A DNA stretch of 64,000 nucleotides from the human T2T-CHM13v2.0 reference genome, Homo sapiens (GCF_009914755.1 NC_060926.1); one strand, 5' to 3'; counted from the stretch's first letter, positions 1 to 16,257 are shown. A program made the numbers and translations. Notes: generated from the letters alone by a model not told the origin.

Positions 1-410
<410 letters not shown>

Positions 411-419
411 ACAAAAACA

Positions 420-705
420 AATATTTCATTTCCCTAGAATAAATGCCCATTTATTCTGGGCATTTATTCTGGGTTGTAGGGTAAGTATATTTTTAACTCT
501 TTAAGAAACTGCCTGGCTAGTAGTACCATTTTCCATTCCCACCAGCAATGTAAGAGAGATCCAGCTTCCCTGCATCCTCACCAGCTTTTCCACTCTCAGT
601 ATTTTTTCTTTTTGCTGTTCTGATAGGTGTTTCTTATTGCAGCTTTAATTTGCCTTTCCCTGATGGCCAGCAATGTTGAACATTTTTCATGTGCTTATTT
701 GTATG
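420..705 (-). mobile_element. L1M fragment
   Basis: AAGAAACTGCC...CCATTCCCACCAGCAATGTAAGAG...GTTGAACATTTTTCATGTGCTTATT. Confidence 0.7.
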
Positions 706-1678
706 GCATGTTTTAATATTTGGTGGCAAGTCTGAGGTTGCCTTTCTCGTCTGGGTCATGCCTCCATGACCCTGAGGGAGACAGCTGCACTTGGCTGCTC
801 CCTGAGGTGGCAATCCCCCTTTAGGTCTTGTATAAAGAGGGAAGGATGGTTTGATCTCATGTTTAGGGACTCAGGCTCAGATGCTACAGGGTGGGCTTGA
901 GGAGGCTTATTAAGGGGAGGGTAAGACACCAGCTGTAACAGCACCCTTCCTCCTATTCATACCCCACAAAACATGTTTGATAAAATCAGTGCCTTTGAGA
1001 TGGATTCACTTGGGAGTTTTGCCACAAAGTTCTGAGTCTGCTCTCACAATTGGAAATTATGGAACCTGAGCAAAGGAGACTGATCCAGTCACAGTGGGGT
1101 CACACATATTATCCTATCTTTTTGAAATGTGAACAGAATTGGAGCTGGGGAGCTTGAGTTGTCCTAAGAGGCCTGTAGTTTCTAGAACACATCCTTTTGA
1201 TAGGCTCTGCCCAGCAGCTTAGCAGGACCTGGCCTGGGATGGGGAGGGAGGCCACCTCTGAGCAGTGACACATCCTCCACCCTGGCTCACCTTTTCCCTG
1301 AGGCTGACTATGAACAGGACGGTGCTTGAGAACCTGTGAGATCTGAGCCAGGACTCTTGAGCCAGGAGCCAGAGCATACCCTGGAAGGGGAGTGTCAATT
1401 TGCACTGGCAGGACCCAGAAAGAGTCAGTCTCCTGGGGTGGGACGCTTGGAGGGAGGGGCTCAGGGTAACCCTCTAGAGCAGGGATTCTCAAGGTAGGTC
1501 CCACCGTCCCTGTGGATCACAAGGAGCCTCCTGCCAGACAGCACATCCCGAATACAGCTCTTTCCATTATGTTCTCCAGGGGAATGATGAACCCATCCAG
1601 AAGATTCCATCTTTTACTCATGACCAGGTCCTCTTCATTTCAACCTATTAATTGAATTATTAAGAATTATCAACTGAG

Positions 1679-2920
<1,242 letters not shown>

Positions 2921-3046
2921 AATTTAATTAAGTGCTTAGAACAGTGACTGGCCCAGAGCAAGTACTGCAGACGTTTGTCAGCCTTTGTTACGGCTGGAAT
3001 GTCAACAGCCACTGCCCATTCTGGCCGCGTTGCAAACTCCGACTGC

Positions 3047-3079
3047 GTGCGCCCCCTGGAGGGTATTGGAATTCCTGCA
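3047..3079 (-). promoter_or_regulatory. Candidate CTCF site with upstream motif
   Basis: Minus strand TGCAG-N12-CCTCCAGGGGGCGCAC. Confidence 0.6.
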
Positions 3080-4136
3080 CCTGTGGAGGGTTGCTTGCTT
3101 TCTTGGGCTTCCTCAAGGCGGCCTTGTGTTGGTAAGCTTCCCATTGCCAATGCTAAGTAATGGAAATTCCTGTTAGTTTAGCTTCGTTATCATGGACATC
3201 ATTTGTAGGGAGTGATTTTGTAAATCCTACAGGATGTGATGCTGCATATTTCCACAATCTAATTTGTAATATAAAATGTTCTAATAACTAGATTTCAAGC
3301 CATCAGTATATGTGGGTCACACATGGATCATCTCCACCCCTGTAGTTAAATGTTACTAAGTTCTTTATCAGGAATGTGTGGGGAACGTGGGCTCCAAATC
3401 ACTCTTCAGTGGGCTCCAAAATATTGGAGGCCCTCTGTGCGGAGGGCATTGGTCAGAGCCCAGGAGTGGCCCTGCTGTTCAGGACTAGGCACATGGGGAG
3501 TGGCAGCAGCCCCCCTCTGGAAGGCATCCAGCAGCCTGATATGGTAGCAGTTGTCCTTGGGCTCCTCCTAGGGACCTCAGCTCCCCAGACTGTCCTCTAC
3601 CGCTCATCAGCTAGCCTCCTCCTCATGGACCCCAGGTCCCAGGTCTGTGGATGCATGACACTCCTTCATGCATGCATGCATGCACAGACACACACACACA
3701 CACACACGCACAGCTTAGGACCTGGCTCTGACCTCTCCAGTAAGCCTTACCTGATTGATCACATTCAATTCTAACCCATCATCCCCTATGTACTTGAGGA
3801 CCCAGCATATTTTTCCCATCTGTTCCTTACTCTGCAAAGGCCCAGAATCCTGGCTGGGACAGAGTGAGTCCTTTCTTCCCAGACCACATTGGTAGACCTG
3901 GCAGTTGTACTGAGGCCTATTCACATACATTTAGCCACCCATTAGATATAATATCCTGCATTGGGTGGTTAAGGAATCTGGGCCCAGAGAGGGTGAGCAA
4001 CTTGTCACAGGTCATGCAACCAGATCCAGGCCTGAGGAGCTCTGCGATAGATCACACCACCTTTTATTAAGATGCTTTCTGGTGATCTAACTCCCTAGCT
4101 AATGAACTAAGCTGGCTCCTTTCATGGCCTCTGCAG

Positions 4137-4324
4137 ATGCCAAAGGGACAATTCGGGAAATTGTCCTGCCTAAGGGCCTGGACCTGGACCGGCCCAAGCG
4201 GACACGTACATCCTTCACTGCCGAGCAGCTGTACCGCCTGGAGATGGAGTTCCAGCGCTGCCAGTATGTGGTGGGCCGCGAGCGCACTGAGCTGGCCCGC
4301 CAGCTGAACCTCTCCGAGACCCAG
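4137..4324 (+). CDS. VAX2: VAX2 exon 2 (homeodomain N-terminal arm, helices 1-2)
   Basis: ctgcag|ATGCC acceptor and CAG|gtaaga donor; translates [63 protein letters not shown], a VAX-class homeodomain. Exon 1 lies upstream of the window. Confidence 0.97.
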
Positions 4325-6057
4325 GTAAGAGACCAGGGCCAGGCCACTCCACTCTTGTCCTGGCAGCCTGGGAACTCCTGGGGATATGAGGCCCTGTGAG
4401 CTGCTACAGGGAGACCCAACTTTGGAGGAGTTCAGACAAGCATGAGGGAAAGACTTTAAGCTACAGGTAAACCAGAGTGAAAGAGCAAATAAATATAGCG
4501 CCGACCACAGACAGTCAGGAAATGCCAATGGGGGCCTTCTGGATAGATCAGGCACTTTTGGATGGAATATGGAAAAGGTTCAGAGAAACTGGGGGAGAGC
4601 AGCCCTCAGGGCACAGGGAGTGGCTTGGGGGGGTGTTGGCATGTAAGAGGAGTGACAAGAAGGGATGGTGAGGGCTTGGCTGGTTGGAAATAACGATTCT
4701 GGGGAAGATGAAACATTATAAAATTGGGCTGGGGACCTCTCGCTTCTCCATTTCTGGCCCTTTCCCACCCTCCATCACCTTCCCTTCATCTCAGGGTGCC
4801 TCAGTCTCTTGTTGGAAAGGAGGGGTCTGCACACCCCCTTCACCTGGGTAGGACTGGCATTTTAACAGCAGTGTGCTTAACTCAAAAGAAAAAAACTTTT
4901 GTAAATTAAGCACCTACCCTGTATGAATGGAGACCCTTCAAGCTGGTACTAGAGCTATAAAATACTACCACTACTACTACTACTACTAATACTTAGTACT
5001 TACATGTGTCAGGCACTAAGTGCTTTGCCTATGTTAAGTAACTAATCCCTCCCAAGAAGCAGATGATGTCATTCCCATGTTACACGTGAAAGGAAGTTAT
5101 GCCCAAGGTCAGACAACTAATTAGTTCCGGAGCTGGGCTTTGGACAAGCAGTCTCTCATCTTTATGCTGCCTATAAACTGGGCAACCTTCCTTGAGATTG
5201 TAAAAGAATAACTCAGAGACCCTTCTTTCAGCCAGAGCTCTAGTAGTTTGCTCTCATATATGAGGGAGATCAATCAATACATGCATTGTAAACGACGGCC
5301 AAAACAGGATTGATAAAGTGGAGAGGAAGGGAGGAGGGGAATGCGGAAGCACTGGTCTGGAGCAGTGTGCTGGTTTCCTTCCTTGGAGCGAGGCGGGAGG
5401 CTGTGCTGGAGTGAGGGCTTCCCGTCTGTGCTGTGTGGCTGCTGTCCTCCCCTGTGTCCCTGCCTCAGTGAGGTCAGCTCTCCCTGTTTCCCTCAGCATA
5501 ATTCCTCCAGCCCCTCAAATCCCCCCAACAGAGTGCTGTGCAGCCCACCCCTGGGGAGGGGGTAGTCAGATGCGCCTGGAAGTCCTCCTGGTCCCCTTGA
5601 GAGGTTAGCAGGTTCCTCCTGGGGTACACTGAGAGTAGGGCAGAGGAAGAGGTGAGAAGGGGTGAGAGGCAGAGGAGGGGCAGGCCGGGAGGAGGGGCAG
5701 GCCGGGAGGAGGGGAAGGCCGGGGAAGGACAGCAGCTGCTGTCCTGCAGGGCCGGGTCATCTCCACCTGCACTTGTTTTTCCCCAGCTGCCACTGCAGAG
5801 CTCCCAAACAACCCTGCGGGGCCTCCCTCCAGCTGGGCTCAACAGGGGGCTGGGAAGCCAGGCTTGTGCTCAGAGAGGAGGCTGCAGTGGCAGGGCCAGG
5901 CCAGAACTCCTGGGGAAGTCACTGAGGCCCGTATTCCCTACACTGAGCTGCCCTTGGAGGTCAAGCCCAAGCCCCCCTCTTCCAGGAAGGCTTCTGCAGG
6001 CACCTTGCCCTCTTCCCAAGAGACCCTTCCACATGGCGTGACCTGGAGAGACAGATA

Positions 6058-6105
6058 GTGTGTGTGTGTGTGTGTGCACGTGTGTGCATGTGTACATGTG
6101 TGTGG
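6058..6105. repeat. (TG)n microsatellite
   Basis: Direct reading. Confidence 0.85.
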
Positions 6106-6402
6106 TGTTGGATGTCCACCAGTATTTGCTTCCCTAGGACAAGAATGTATTTATAGGCCATGGCTCCTCGTCGTGCTTCACAAGGAGCCCAGAACACAGC
6201 TGGACACATAGTAGGCCCTCAGCAAGTCCTCCGCACTGTTCTCACTACAACCCTCCTTCCTCTGTCCCCAGTCCTAGGGTTGACAGATAGTAAAAGTAAT
6301 GGACAGCTGATGCTTATTGAGCGCTTCCCATGCACCAGGTCCTGTTCCAAGGGTGTGACATAGTCTAACTAGTTTAGTCCTCACCACAACCTTATGGGAT
6401 AC

Positions 6403-7385
<983 letters not shown>

Positions 7386-7386
7386 C

Positions 7387-7572
<186 letters not shown>

Positions 7573-7764
7573 TAGAAGGAAACTGAGGCATAGAAAAGTT
7601 AAATAGATAACTTGCTCAAGACTTGCAGCGGGTGCATTCATGGGTAATAGTACCCATGAAGATGGCTTTATGGGTACTATTATCCCCATTTAAGCAAACT
7701 GAGCCTCAGAGAGGTTAACTAACTTGTAGCTAGAATTCTGTGGCATTCTCAGTATGTTCACCCA

Positions 7765-8615
7765 TAATTTTGTTCAAAAATATTATTGAATACCTACTAT
7801 ATAGCAGGTACTCTTCTAGGCACTTGGGCTTTGGCTTAGAACAAAACAGACCAGGCATCTGCCCTCGTGCAGCTAAGATCCACAGAGACAAAGACAAACC
7901 GCATTTCCAGGAGTGATGAGTGTTGTGAGGGAGCTCAAATGGGGTCATAGGAGAGAGACTAAAAGGAAGTGTTTTACTGGGGTGTTCAGGGAAGGCCTCT
8001 TTGAGAAGATGACGTTGAGCTTAGGCCTGAGTGGCAAGGGAGAAACAGCCAGATGAGGAGCCAGAAGGAGACGTCAAGGCAGACGGTAACTATGAAGACG
8101 TGAGGGGCAGGAATTGGCATAGAATGTTCTAGAAGTATCAGAAGGCCAGAGTGGCTGGAGCTACAGGGTAATTGGGTAAGTAGGTAGGGGAGGATCATGC
8201 GATGCTTAGAGACTATGGTAATACATTGAAGAGAAAGTGACAGGAGATGATTGGCATTTTACAGAGGTTCTCTGGCTGCCACTTGGGGAAGGGACCCACA
8301 GGGGAAAGGAGTGGACAGGTGTGGACAGGTAGGAACTACTGACATGGGTCCTGAACAGAGCAGTGGTGGAGGAGAGAAGCGTACTAATGTGAGAGGCACT
8401 CTAATTTAGTGCTGGAACCTATTAGGACTTGCTCATGGATTATACGCCCAGGGCAAGGGAAAGGAAGTGGTTTGGGTAGAACAACTGGGAGAATGGTGAC
8501 ACCATATAATGAGTTGAGAAACTGGGGGAGAAGCAAGATGGTGGGAGCATAATCAAGAATTTTGTTTTGGATCAGTTAAGTTTGAGATCCCAGCGGAGAT
8601 GTCAAGAAAGCATGT
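7765..8615 (-). mobile_element. L2 fragment
   Basis: Antisense L2 3' end (ATTGAATACCTACTAT...GAACAAAACAGAC; CAGGGAAGGCCTCTTTGAGAAG; GTTAAGTTTGAGAT). Confidence 0.65.
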
Positions 8616-11600
8616 CAGATTTTGGGGGGAGGGCTGGTTTTTCTCTGGTTTAAGTTATCTGAGAGTCTCTGTCAGAACTCTTTTGGGGGAAAAGATAAGA
8701 AATTCCTTCAAGTGCCCTCAGATAATGGATGGACTCCCCAGGGATTAAAAACAGAAGCCATAGCCTTGCTGAAATTCAATAACAGGAACCATGGTGTAGC
8801 CAGGAATTGGAAGAGACTGGAAGCCAAAGGCTCTTTTGGGCCCGAGGGATTCAGCACCAGCTACTCACAGAACTTCCTCCCAGTGCTCTGCTGAGTATGT
8901 GCTCCAACTGCTCTCCAAAATATCTGCTTCTCTCTCTGTTTCTTCCTCTCCTCTCCTCTCTTTTTATCTCTTCTCCTCTCTTTTTTCTCTTCTCTTCCTT
9001 CTGCCAAATAGCATCTCTACCTTCTTCCCTGGATACTCAGAGGACCCAGGCATGGTCCCAATTCAGGCAGAGAAAACACAGAGCTTGCTCAGGGCCCATT
9101 TCCATGGCTAGTCTCTTCTTTAATCTAGCATGCCCAATTCAGCTGAGTTGTCTGCAGATTTAAATCTGAAACCCACTTACAGGATTGGGCAGGCAGAATG
9201 GCGAAGCCCTTTCCTTGGCTCTCCACCACTCACAGGGCTCTACAGGACAAAGGGTCCACCAGAGTAGGAACAGTGAACAAGACACAGTGCAGCTGACCTC
9301 TGTCCCGGCCTTGCCCAGACTCCATGGCTGTGCAACAGAGGCTAAGCATGGCTGCCCTGGAGAGCAGGGGCAGCCTCAGAGGAATCTCTCTCTCAAGACT
9401 ATCAAAAGAACCCTCTGCCCACCTTTGTCAGCCCAAGGGTAGCATACACTGAAAGTTCTTCTCATGTCAGAGAACATGGACAGCCCCACTTAGTCCAGTT
9501 CTCCTTGGTTTTAGAAACCTTCTGATACACCTTGTCACCATGCTTTGTTTGAAAAAGAAAGTTTGGTGTTTGATTAAAGCAGCATTTCTCAAGGTATGCT
9601 CTGGAGACCAGCTGTACGTACAGCTCCCCTGGGGTAAAATACAGATGCCTGTGCCACCCTCAGCCCAGAGGTTCCCAGTCAGATTTCTAGGGAAGACCCC
9701 ACAACCTATATATTTTTTGTTCCAGGTGATTTAATGCACAGTGATGTCTGAGAATCACTGGCTTATGGAAAAGTGAGCAAATCTGACCAGATGATGTGAT
9801 CACCATGTTGCTTAAAAGACTTCATCAACTGCCAGCACTTTAATAAGTCTGTGATTATTAGCCCACCGAGTCATCACAACAAAACTATGAGGAAGAGTTA
9901 AGAACCCCATTTTACTGGTGGGGAAACTGAGGCTCCAAGAAGTTAAGTAACTTGACTTAAGTCATCTAGCTAGTTAAGGGAACCAGAATTGAATCAGTGG
10001 CTGTCTGACCTCTGATTCTCCACGATAGTTTGCTACTATATATTGTCTCCTCCACTATATTGTTTGCTACTTCAACCAAAACACTTACCGTGTTGTAACA
10101 CTTACTGCTTGCCCATGACCCACCCTGCTAGTGTCTGACAGCCAAGAGGGTCAAAATGGAGTTTTATTTATTTTTGTTTTTTCAGCACCTGGCAATGCCT
10201 GGCTTGCATCAAATGCTTGATATTTCTGTGTTGCCTGAATGAATGACCAGAGTACCAGGGTCCAAGTAGGACATAAGAGGATGTGGCTGCAGAGGAAAGG
10301 AAGATGAGAAGCTGGCTCAGGACTCCCCTCCTGCAGCTGGGCTGGAGGACGTTCTCAGGGCCAGGAGCCCAGGAGCCAGGTGGAGAACAAACTGCCAAGT
10401 CCCAATATCCCCCCGGGATGCCCACCTAGCTTGGGTAAGAGCTGCTCCAGCCCTTCAGCATTGTCCTCAGCCTCATGCTTGATGCCTCTGCCTCAGATGG
10501 CTTCTTCCAGAACAGCACGATAGATGGTACCTTCCTAGTGCAGATTACAAAAACCAAGCCATCCTAGATACACAGATACCACTCACCTCAGATTAAGTAT
10601 GGGCCCATGGTCACAGAAAACAGTCTTCAAAAGATGAATGCCATTTCCAGATCAACAATGAATCCTGGAATTTGATATTGACCATGAGCCCAAAGAAGCT
10701 GGTGGATAATCTCCTGGAAAATTCCTCTGTAGTCCTGGCAGCCAAGTGGAAACTGTGCCCATCTCCTGGTGCGCGGCCATGGATCACAGTGTGGCCCAGA
10801 AAGAAATCAGGGAGGGGGCAGTGCCATGGGTCACAGTGTGGCCCAGCAAGAGATCGCGGAGGGGGGCGGGGCAGCCACCAAGCACTCACTGAGTCCCAGG
10901 GAGTCAAGATGGCAGCCTCCAGGAGGCCACACAGGACCCTGAGAAAACAGAGGAGGGAGACAGCCCAGAAGGTGCACTGGGCAGGTGAGGGGAGAGGCAC
11001 AGCTGCGGAGGTGTGCTGGCCCCGCCACCCTGTGAAGTCGGCTAGGAATGGTTTCCCAGAAGTGGATAAGGACCGATCACTTTGGATTTAACCTTGAGAA
11101 GAGGATGAACCTGAGATGGAAATGAAGGTTTCCTGGGGCAGGAGGGACACATTCAGAGGGCTCTGAGCCTGTCTGTTCTTCAGAAAGACAGAGAGACAAC
11201 ATTTGCAGGGCCCTGTGAACCTACCCGCTAGGGCCTGAAGGGCCTGATAGGCTTGGTGGGCCTGATGGGCTTGATGGTGGGAAGTAGAGAGTTGACCCTT
11301 CTTACTCTCACCCTTGAAGTTTGCAATGCTGGGAAGCACATTAGATTCACCCACAGAGCTTTAGAAGAATACCCAGGCCTCAGCCCCATTCCCTAGAGAT
11401 TCTGATTTAATATGGGTGAGGCATGAGGCCCGGACATCATCCCAGAAAATTCCAGTGTGCGGCCAAGGTTGAGAATTCCTGACCTAGCCCGTATGTGGCC
11501 AAGAAACAAGCACCCCTGGTCCCAGCCCCTGCTCCATCTGCCTCTGACTTCTCCTCTCCTAGGGTCCAGGCTCACCTTCTCAGGAGACGCCCAAACCCAG

Positions 11601-12455
11601 CACCAGCCCACACCCGCCTCTCCTTGCTACACCCAGAGCTGCAGGAAGATGGGATATGTGGGAGAGCACCTTGTAAATGCCTGGTCATTCCTCATCTGTC
11701 ACACCCCATTACTGCCACTCCCTGAGTACGAATTGCCCTCTGTTTTTTGGGAATGAGTTAGTGCCACTCCCCCACTAGACCCTCAGCTTCCCAAGGACTG
11801 GAGTCATGACATCTGTGTCTCCTCTCCCTCTAGTTCAGAAACAGAGCTAGAAACAGAGAAAGCCAGCGATAAATAACTATTCACATTTCCTGTGGGCCAG
11901 GCGTGATGCCAAGCTCCCTAAATGGGTTTTCTTCTTTCATCTCTGCAATAGCCAAGTATTATTGTCCCCATTTTAAAGATAAGACACTGAGGCTCAGGGG
12001 TTCCTGGAGGTGGCCTGGCCTCAGGTCCTAGGACGGGGAGGTGCTGGCTTGGCTAAGAGGTCAGGAAGCTTCCCAGCAGGGAGGGGGAATGCAGCAGTGT
12101 GCAGCGCTATGGTCCTTGAGGATCTGGTGAGACTCCTTCCCTCAGCAGTCAGATTCCAGAGGTGACAAATGGGAAAGGGTTTTCTTCTTTCCAGTCATTG
12201 CCTTCAGCTAGACTTGGCTGAATCTTCCTTGACCATCCCTTACTGATATCTTCTTCAAATGTCCCCTCTTCAGGGAGGCTGTATGTGCCATTCCATTAAC
12301 AAAACAGTCACCCCCCTCCTTCCTTTCTGCTATCCTGCCACCTTTCTCTAAAGCAGTGCCCCCCAGAGTATGGCCCTTGGGCCACTGCCAGCCCATAAAC
12401 TGTTACCTGTCTATGACATGGTAAGTATAGAAATAAAGAATAGGTATTTAGAAAA

Positions 12456-12750
12456 GGCCTGGAGCGGTGGCTCATGCCTGTAATCCCAGCACTTTAGGAG
12501 GCCGAGGTGGGCAGATCACGAGGTCAGGAGTTCGAGACCAGCCTGGCCAACATGGTGAAACCCTGTCTCTAGCAAAAATACAAAAATTAGTTGGGTGTGA
12601 TGGCACACGCCTATAATCCCAGCTACTCAGGAGGCTGAGGCAGGAGACTCACTTGAACCCCGGAGGTGGAAGTTGCAGTGAGCCGAGATCATGCCACTGC
12701 ACTCCAGCCTGGGCTACAGAGTGAGACTCCATCTCAAAAAAAAAAAAAAA
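12456..12750 (+). mobile_element. AluS
   Basis: Full-length Alu with A tail. Confidence 0.92.
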
Positions 12751-13104
12751 CAATGTATATAGCAATCTTTCCAGTAATTCATTTTAATTGTATTTTTTAA
12801 AGTATTGGTCCTCAACAAAATTGGACACTTTATAAAGTGGTCCTCACCTCAAATCATTTGAGAAACACGGCTCAAAGCCCTTGCTGCCAATTGACAGACA
12901 GGCTTGTTTGTGTTTGTTGTTCATCCTCTGCCTCCCCAACTCCACCGCCCACTCCACGTGGCAAGGATTCACTGGGCTTTGTTCACTGCTGATTCCCTGG
13001 GCCTCAATGTATATCTGGTGAGTGAATGAATGGATAAATGAAGCAATCAACCTCAAGTAGGTCTCATAACTTTCTGGTCACTTTTGATTATTGAATCTGC
13101 ATCC

Positions 13105-13270
13105 GCCAGGTGCGGTGGTGTGCACCTGTAGTCCCAGAACTTGGGAGGCTGAGGCAAGAGGATCACTTGAGGCCAGGATTTTGAGGCTGCAGTGAGCTCT
13201 CATGACACTAGTGTACTGCAGACCAGGCAGAAAACCAACACTTTGTCTCTAAAAACAAAAATAAAGAAAT
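13105..13270 (+). mobile_element. Old Alu monomer (FRAM-like)
   Basis: Diverged single Alu arm. Confidence 0.75.
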
Positions 13271-15819
13271 AAACTCAATCCAATGTCCTTCAAAACACCA
13301 AACTCACATCTAGTTTAAATCTCATCTTCTCCTGAAGCCCCACACCTGCTTCCCCACTCAGAACAGCCTTGACTCACTGCTTGCCAGCAAGGTTTGAGGT
13401 TTGAGGAAAGCACATCTCACATAGGAGCATGAACACCCAGTCATCCTGCTGAAGAACTACAAAAGGACCCCTGCCCACTCTTTACCTCCTCCCAGTGCAG
13501 CCTCTGGAGGGGATTGTGATCTGTCTCAGTCACTTGCTCCCTCTTCCCCCAACAGCCACCTCCTCCAGGATCAGACGACAGGGGGTGGCTTCAAGGAGGC
13601 AGAGATCTTTTTAAAAGACTGGACATCTTCTGGTGTGAGGAGGGGAGGCACCAAGGCCTCACTTTCTGAAGGCCTTTGCTGAAGGGCCAGTCACTCCTAG
13701 CAGGTGGTGATGTCTGGCATGGCCCAGGTGGCCCAGTCTGTCTTGGCTCCGCCTGTCTTCTTAACCTGGGCAGCCCTCTGGCTCAAGCCTTCTCCTCCAC
13801 CCATCTCTTGGCAACTTCTCAAAACCACAGCAGTTGCTGGACTATTAAATCTTCCAAAAGCTGGAAGGAACCAGCAAGGTCTTCCTGACCTTTTCTTATT
13901 GGGCCCTCCCCTCCACGGTTCTCACCCTCCCTGCCGGTACACCTGCCCCAGCTCCAGGCGAGGAGCAGGGTTGGCCTCTATGTTCCCAGGGAAACAAGTC
14001 TGGGTGCTCCCATGGTGGCCTCCATGACATGGGCCTGTAGATGCTGTGGCCTGATGAGTTTCTGGAGTGGGGCATGAATGCCAGTCTCTCCTTCTAGTGC
14101 CTACAAGTGATTCTTTTGGGCCCTCCCCCAACTTGCATCTGCAGGGCAGCACACCCTTCCTCCCATGAGGTTTTGTGGCCCCCAGGGGACTGAGCCTCAG
14201 CTTCCTGCCCAGTTCCCTTTCCTCATGTAGAGTAGGAAGGGGTTTGGAGCACTGGGTGTTGGGTAGTAGAGGCAGGGCCAGTTCTGCCTCCTCTCAGAGG
14301 CCCTGAAAAAGACCTCTTCCATGATTCTGGTGACTTTCTTCAGACTGTGGCACCTCTTTGTCCTCAGCTTTGAATGTGTGGCCAACAGAAGTCCCCCTCA
14401 ACAACCTGCCACATCCAGTCACACTTGGTGTCACATTGAGAAACTTGGCCTTTATAGGTGATGGGGTAGGAGGGTGCTGCTAAAAACTTCAAACCGGGCA
14501 ATGGCCAGATTGGGTTAGAAAGAGCTCCCTCCAAAGGCAGCGTGGCGGCCAGCATGGATGCAGAGACCTCACCATCCCCAGACAGGCATCTGGCCCCTCC
14601 TCTGGTCATGCCCCTCCCTACGGAATGAGGACTCTGCAAAGCCAAGGGGTCTCGCCTGCCAGAAGCCTGTGCCCACCTTTGAGACCACCCATCCCTGCCA
14701 ACAAAGTGTCCAGTTTCAGAATTCCCCGCCAAATGGCCCTGAGCCACATCCGGCACCTGCCTGGGCCTCTCCAGGGTCAGTCTTCCCAAGGGCAGACCAC
14801 AGACATTATTCAGCACTCCAGGCCCAAGAAGCGGCCAATGGGGGGCTATTTGCAGACTGTGAACAGGCTGGGGCAGCCACACACGTGTGGGTCAGAGCCA
14901 GGGTGGGCCATGAGCCAGAGGCTTCCATTTTTTCTCTTGCCCCAGCCCTCTAGATGTTACAGTTTAGACCTGGGGCAGAGACACCTTTAAAACACTGGCT
15001 TCTTCACCTTGGAATCACCTGGTGAGCTTTAAAAACTACTAACGTCTGGGTCCCAGGTTCCCCCGTTCTGAGTTTATTGGTCCAAGGTGAGAAGTGAGTT
15101 AGGGGCTTAAAGCTCCCCAGGTTCTCATGGGCAGCCAGGGTCGAGAGGTGCTGCTGTAGAGACAATGCCATGGTCCAGGTCAGAGAGAACAAAGGGAGAG
15201 AGGAGGGTCTGTTCTAGGCAGCTGGGAGACAGGCTCCTGCATGAGTGAGTGGAGGCAGCCATGATGGAAGAGGGAGCGTGGGAAGCCTCTGTTTGGAGGA
15301 CAGAGCTGCACATGTGGGGTTTGGGGTGTTTTTTGAGATATCCATGGGGAGATGTCTAGCAGGCAGGTGGATACATGGCCTGGATCTCAGTTCAGATCTC
15401 TGGGCCTGAGGTAGAGTTGGAATTACCAGCACATAAATGGTGGCTGAGGCTGTGAACTTGACTTTGAGCCAAGGGCATGTGGGCCAAGAGGAGAACATCA
15501 GTTGTACTCCCAAACTCCATTCTCTGTCTGTCGATCCATTCCTCCATCCTAGGCCAGAGTCAGTTTAGTAGTAGAGGGGCCTCCATAATTTGGGGGACCA
15601 GAGTCCCTAATCAGTTCGCCTACAGCAGGATGGTTGTGGGGAGACCTTAACAACAATCTGCTCTTCTTTCCCTCTTGCTCCACCCTCACACCCCACCCCC
15701 ACCCCCATCCACCACCTGCCCCAACCCCATGCCCTTCCTCTCCTTTCCTCCTCCCACCTGCCCCCACTTTGCTTTGCCTGTCCCATCTCCCTCCTTGACA
15801 CCCCCTCCCCCACCCCAAG

Positions 15820-16257
15820 GTGAAGGTCTGGTTCCAGAACCGCCGCACCAAGCAGAAGAAAGACCAGAGCAGAGACCTGGAGAAGCGGGCGTCCTCCTCA
15901 GCCTCCGAGGCCTTTGCCACCTCCAACATTCTGCGGCTGCTGGAGCAGGGCCGGCTGCTCTCTGTGCCCAGGGCCCCTAGCCTCCTGGCGCTGACCCCTA
16001 GCCTGCCAGGCCTACCTGCCAGCCACAGGGGCACCTCCTTAGGTGACCCCAGGAACTCCTCCCCACGCCTCAACCCGCTGTCCTCGGCCTCAGCGTCCCC
16101 CCCACTGCCGCCCCCTCTGCCAGCTGTCTGCTTTTCCTCGGCCCCGCTCCTGGATCTGCCTGCCGGCTACGAACTGGGTTCCTCGGCCTTCGAGCCATAC
16201 AGCTGGCTAGAACGGAAAGTGGGCAGCGCCAGCAGCTGCAAGAAAGCTAACACTTAA
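15820..16257 (+). CDS. VAX2: VAX2 exon 3 (helix 3 [11 protein letters not shown] and C-terminus, stop TAA)
   Basis: ccccaag|GTGAAGGTCTGG acceptor in phase with exon 2; [16 protein letters not shown]...[24 protein letters not shown]. Confidence 0.97.

Noticed and set aside
4325-4399. VAX2 exon 2 ORF reading into intron 2 (homeodomain lacking helix 3)
   Set aside because: Strong GTAAGA donor; a short run-on to a stop is expected by chance.
11231-11275. Degenerate 9-bp repeat (GGGCCTGAT) encoding HQA repeats on the minus strand
   Set aside because: Short intronic slippage repeat with no coding support.
14364-14990. Overlapping 120-170 aa ORFs and a CArG-like CCTTTATAGG (14449-14458) in VAX2 intron 2
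   Set aside because: No homology recognised, no splice-supported exon, and a single 10-mer motif is not significant in 64 kb.
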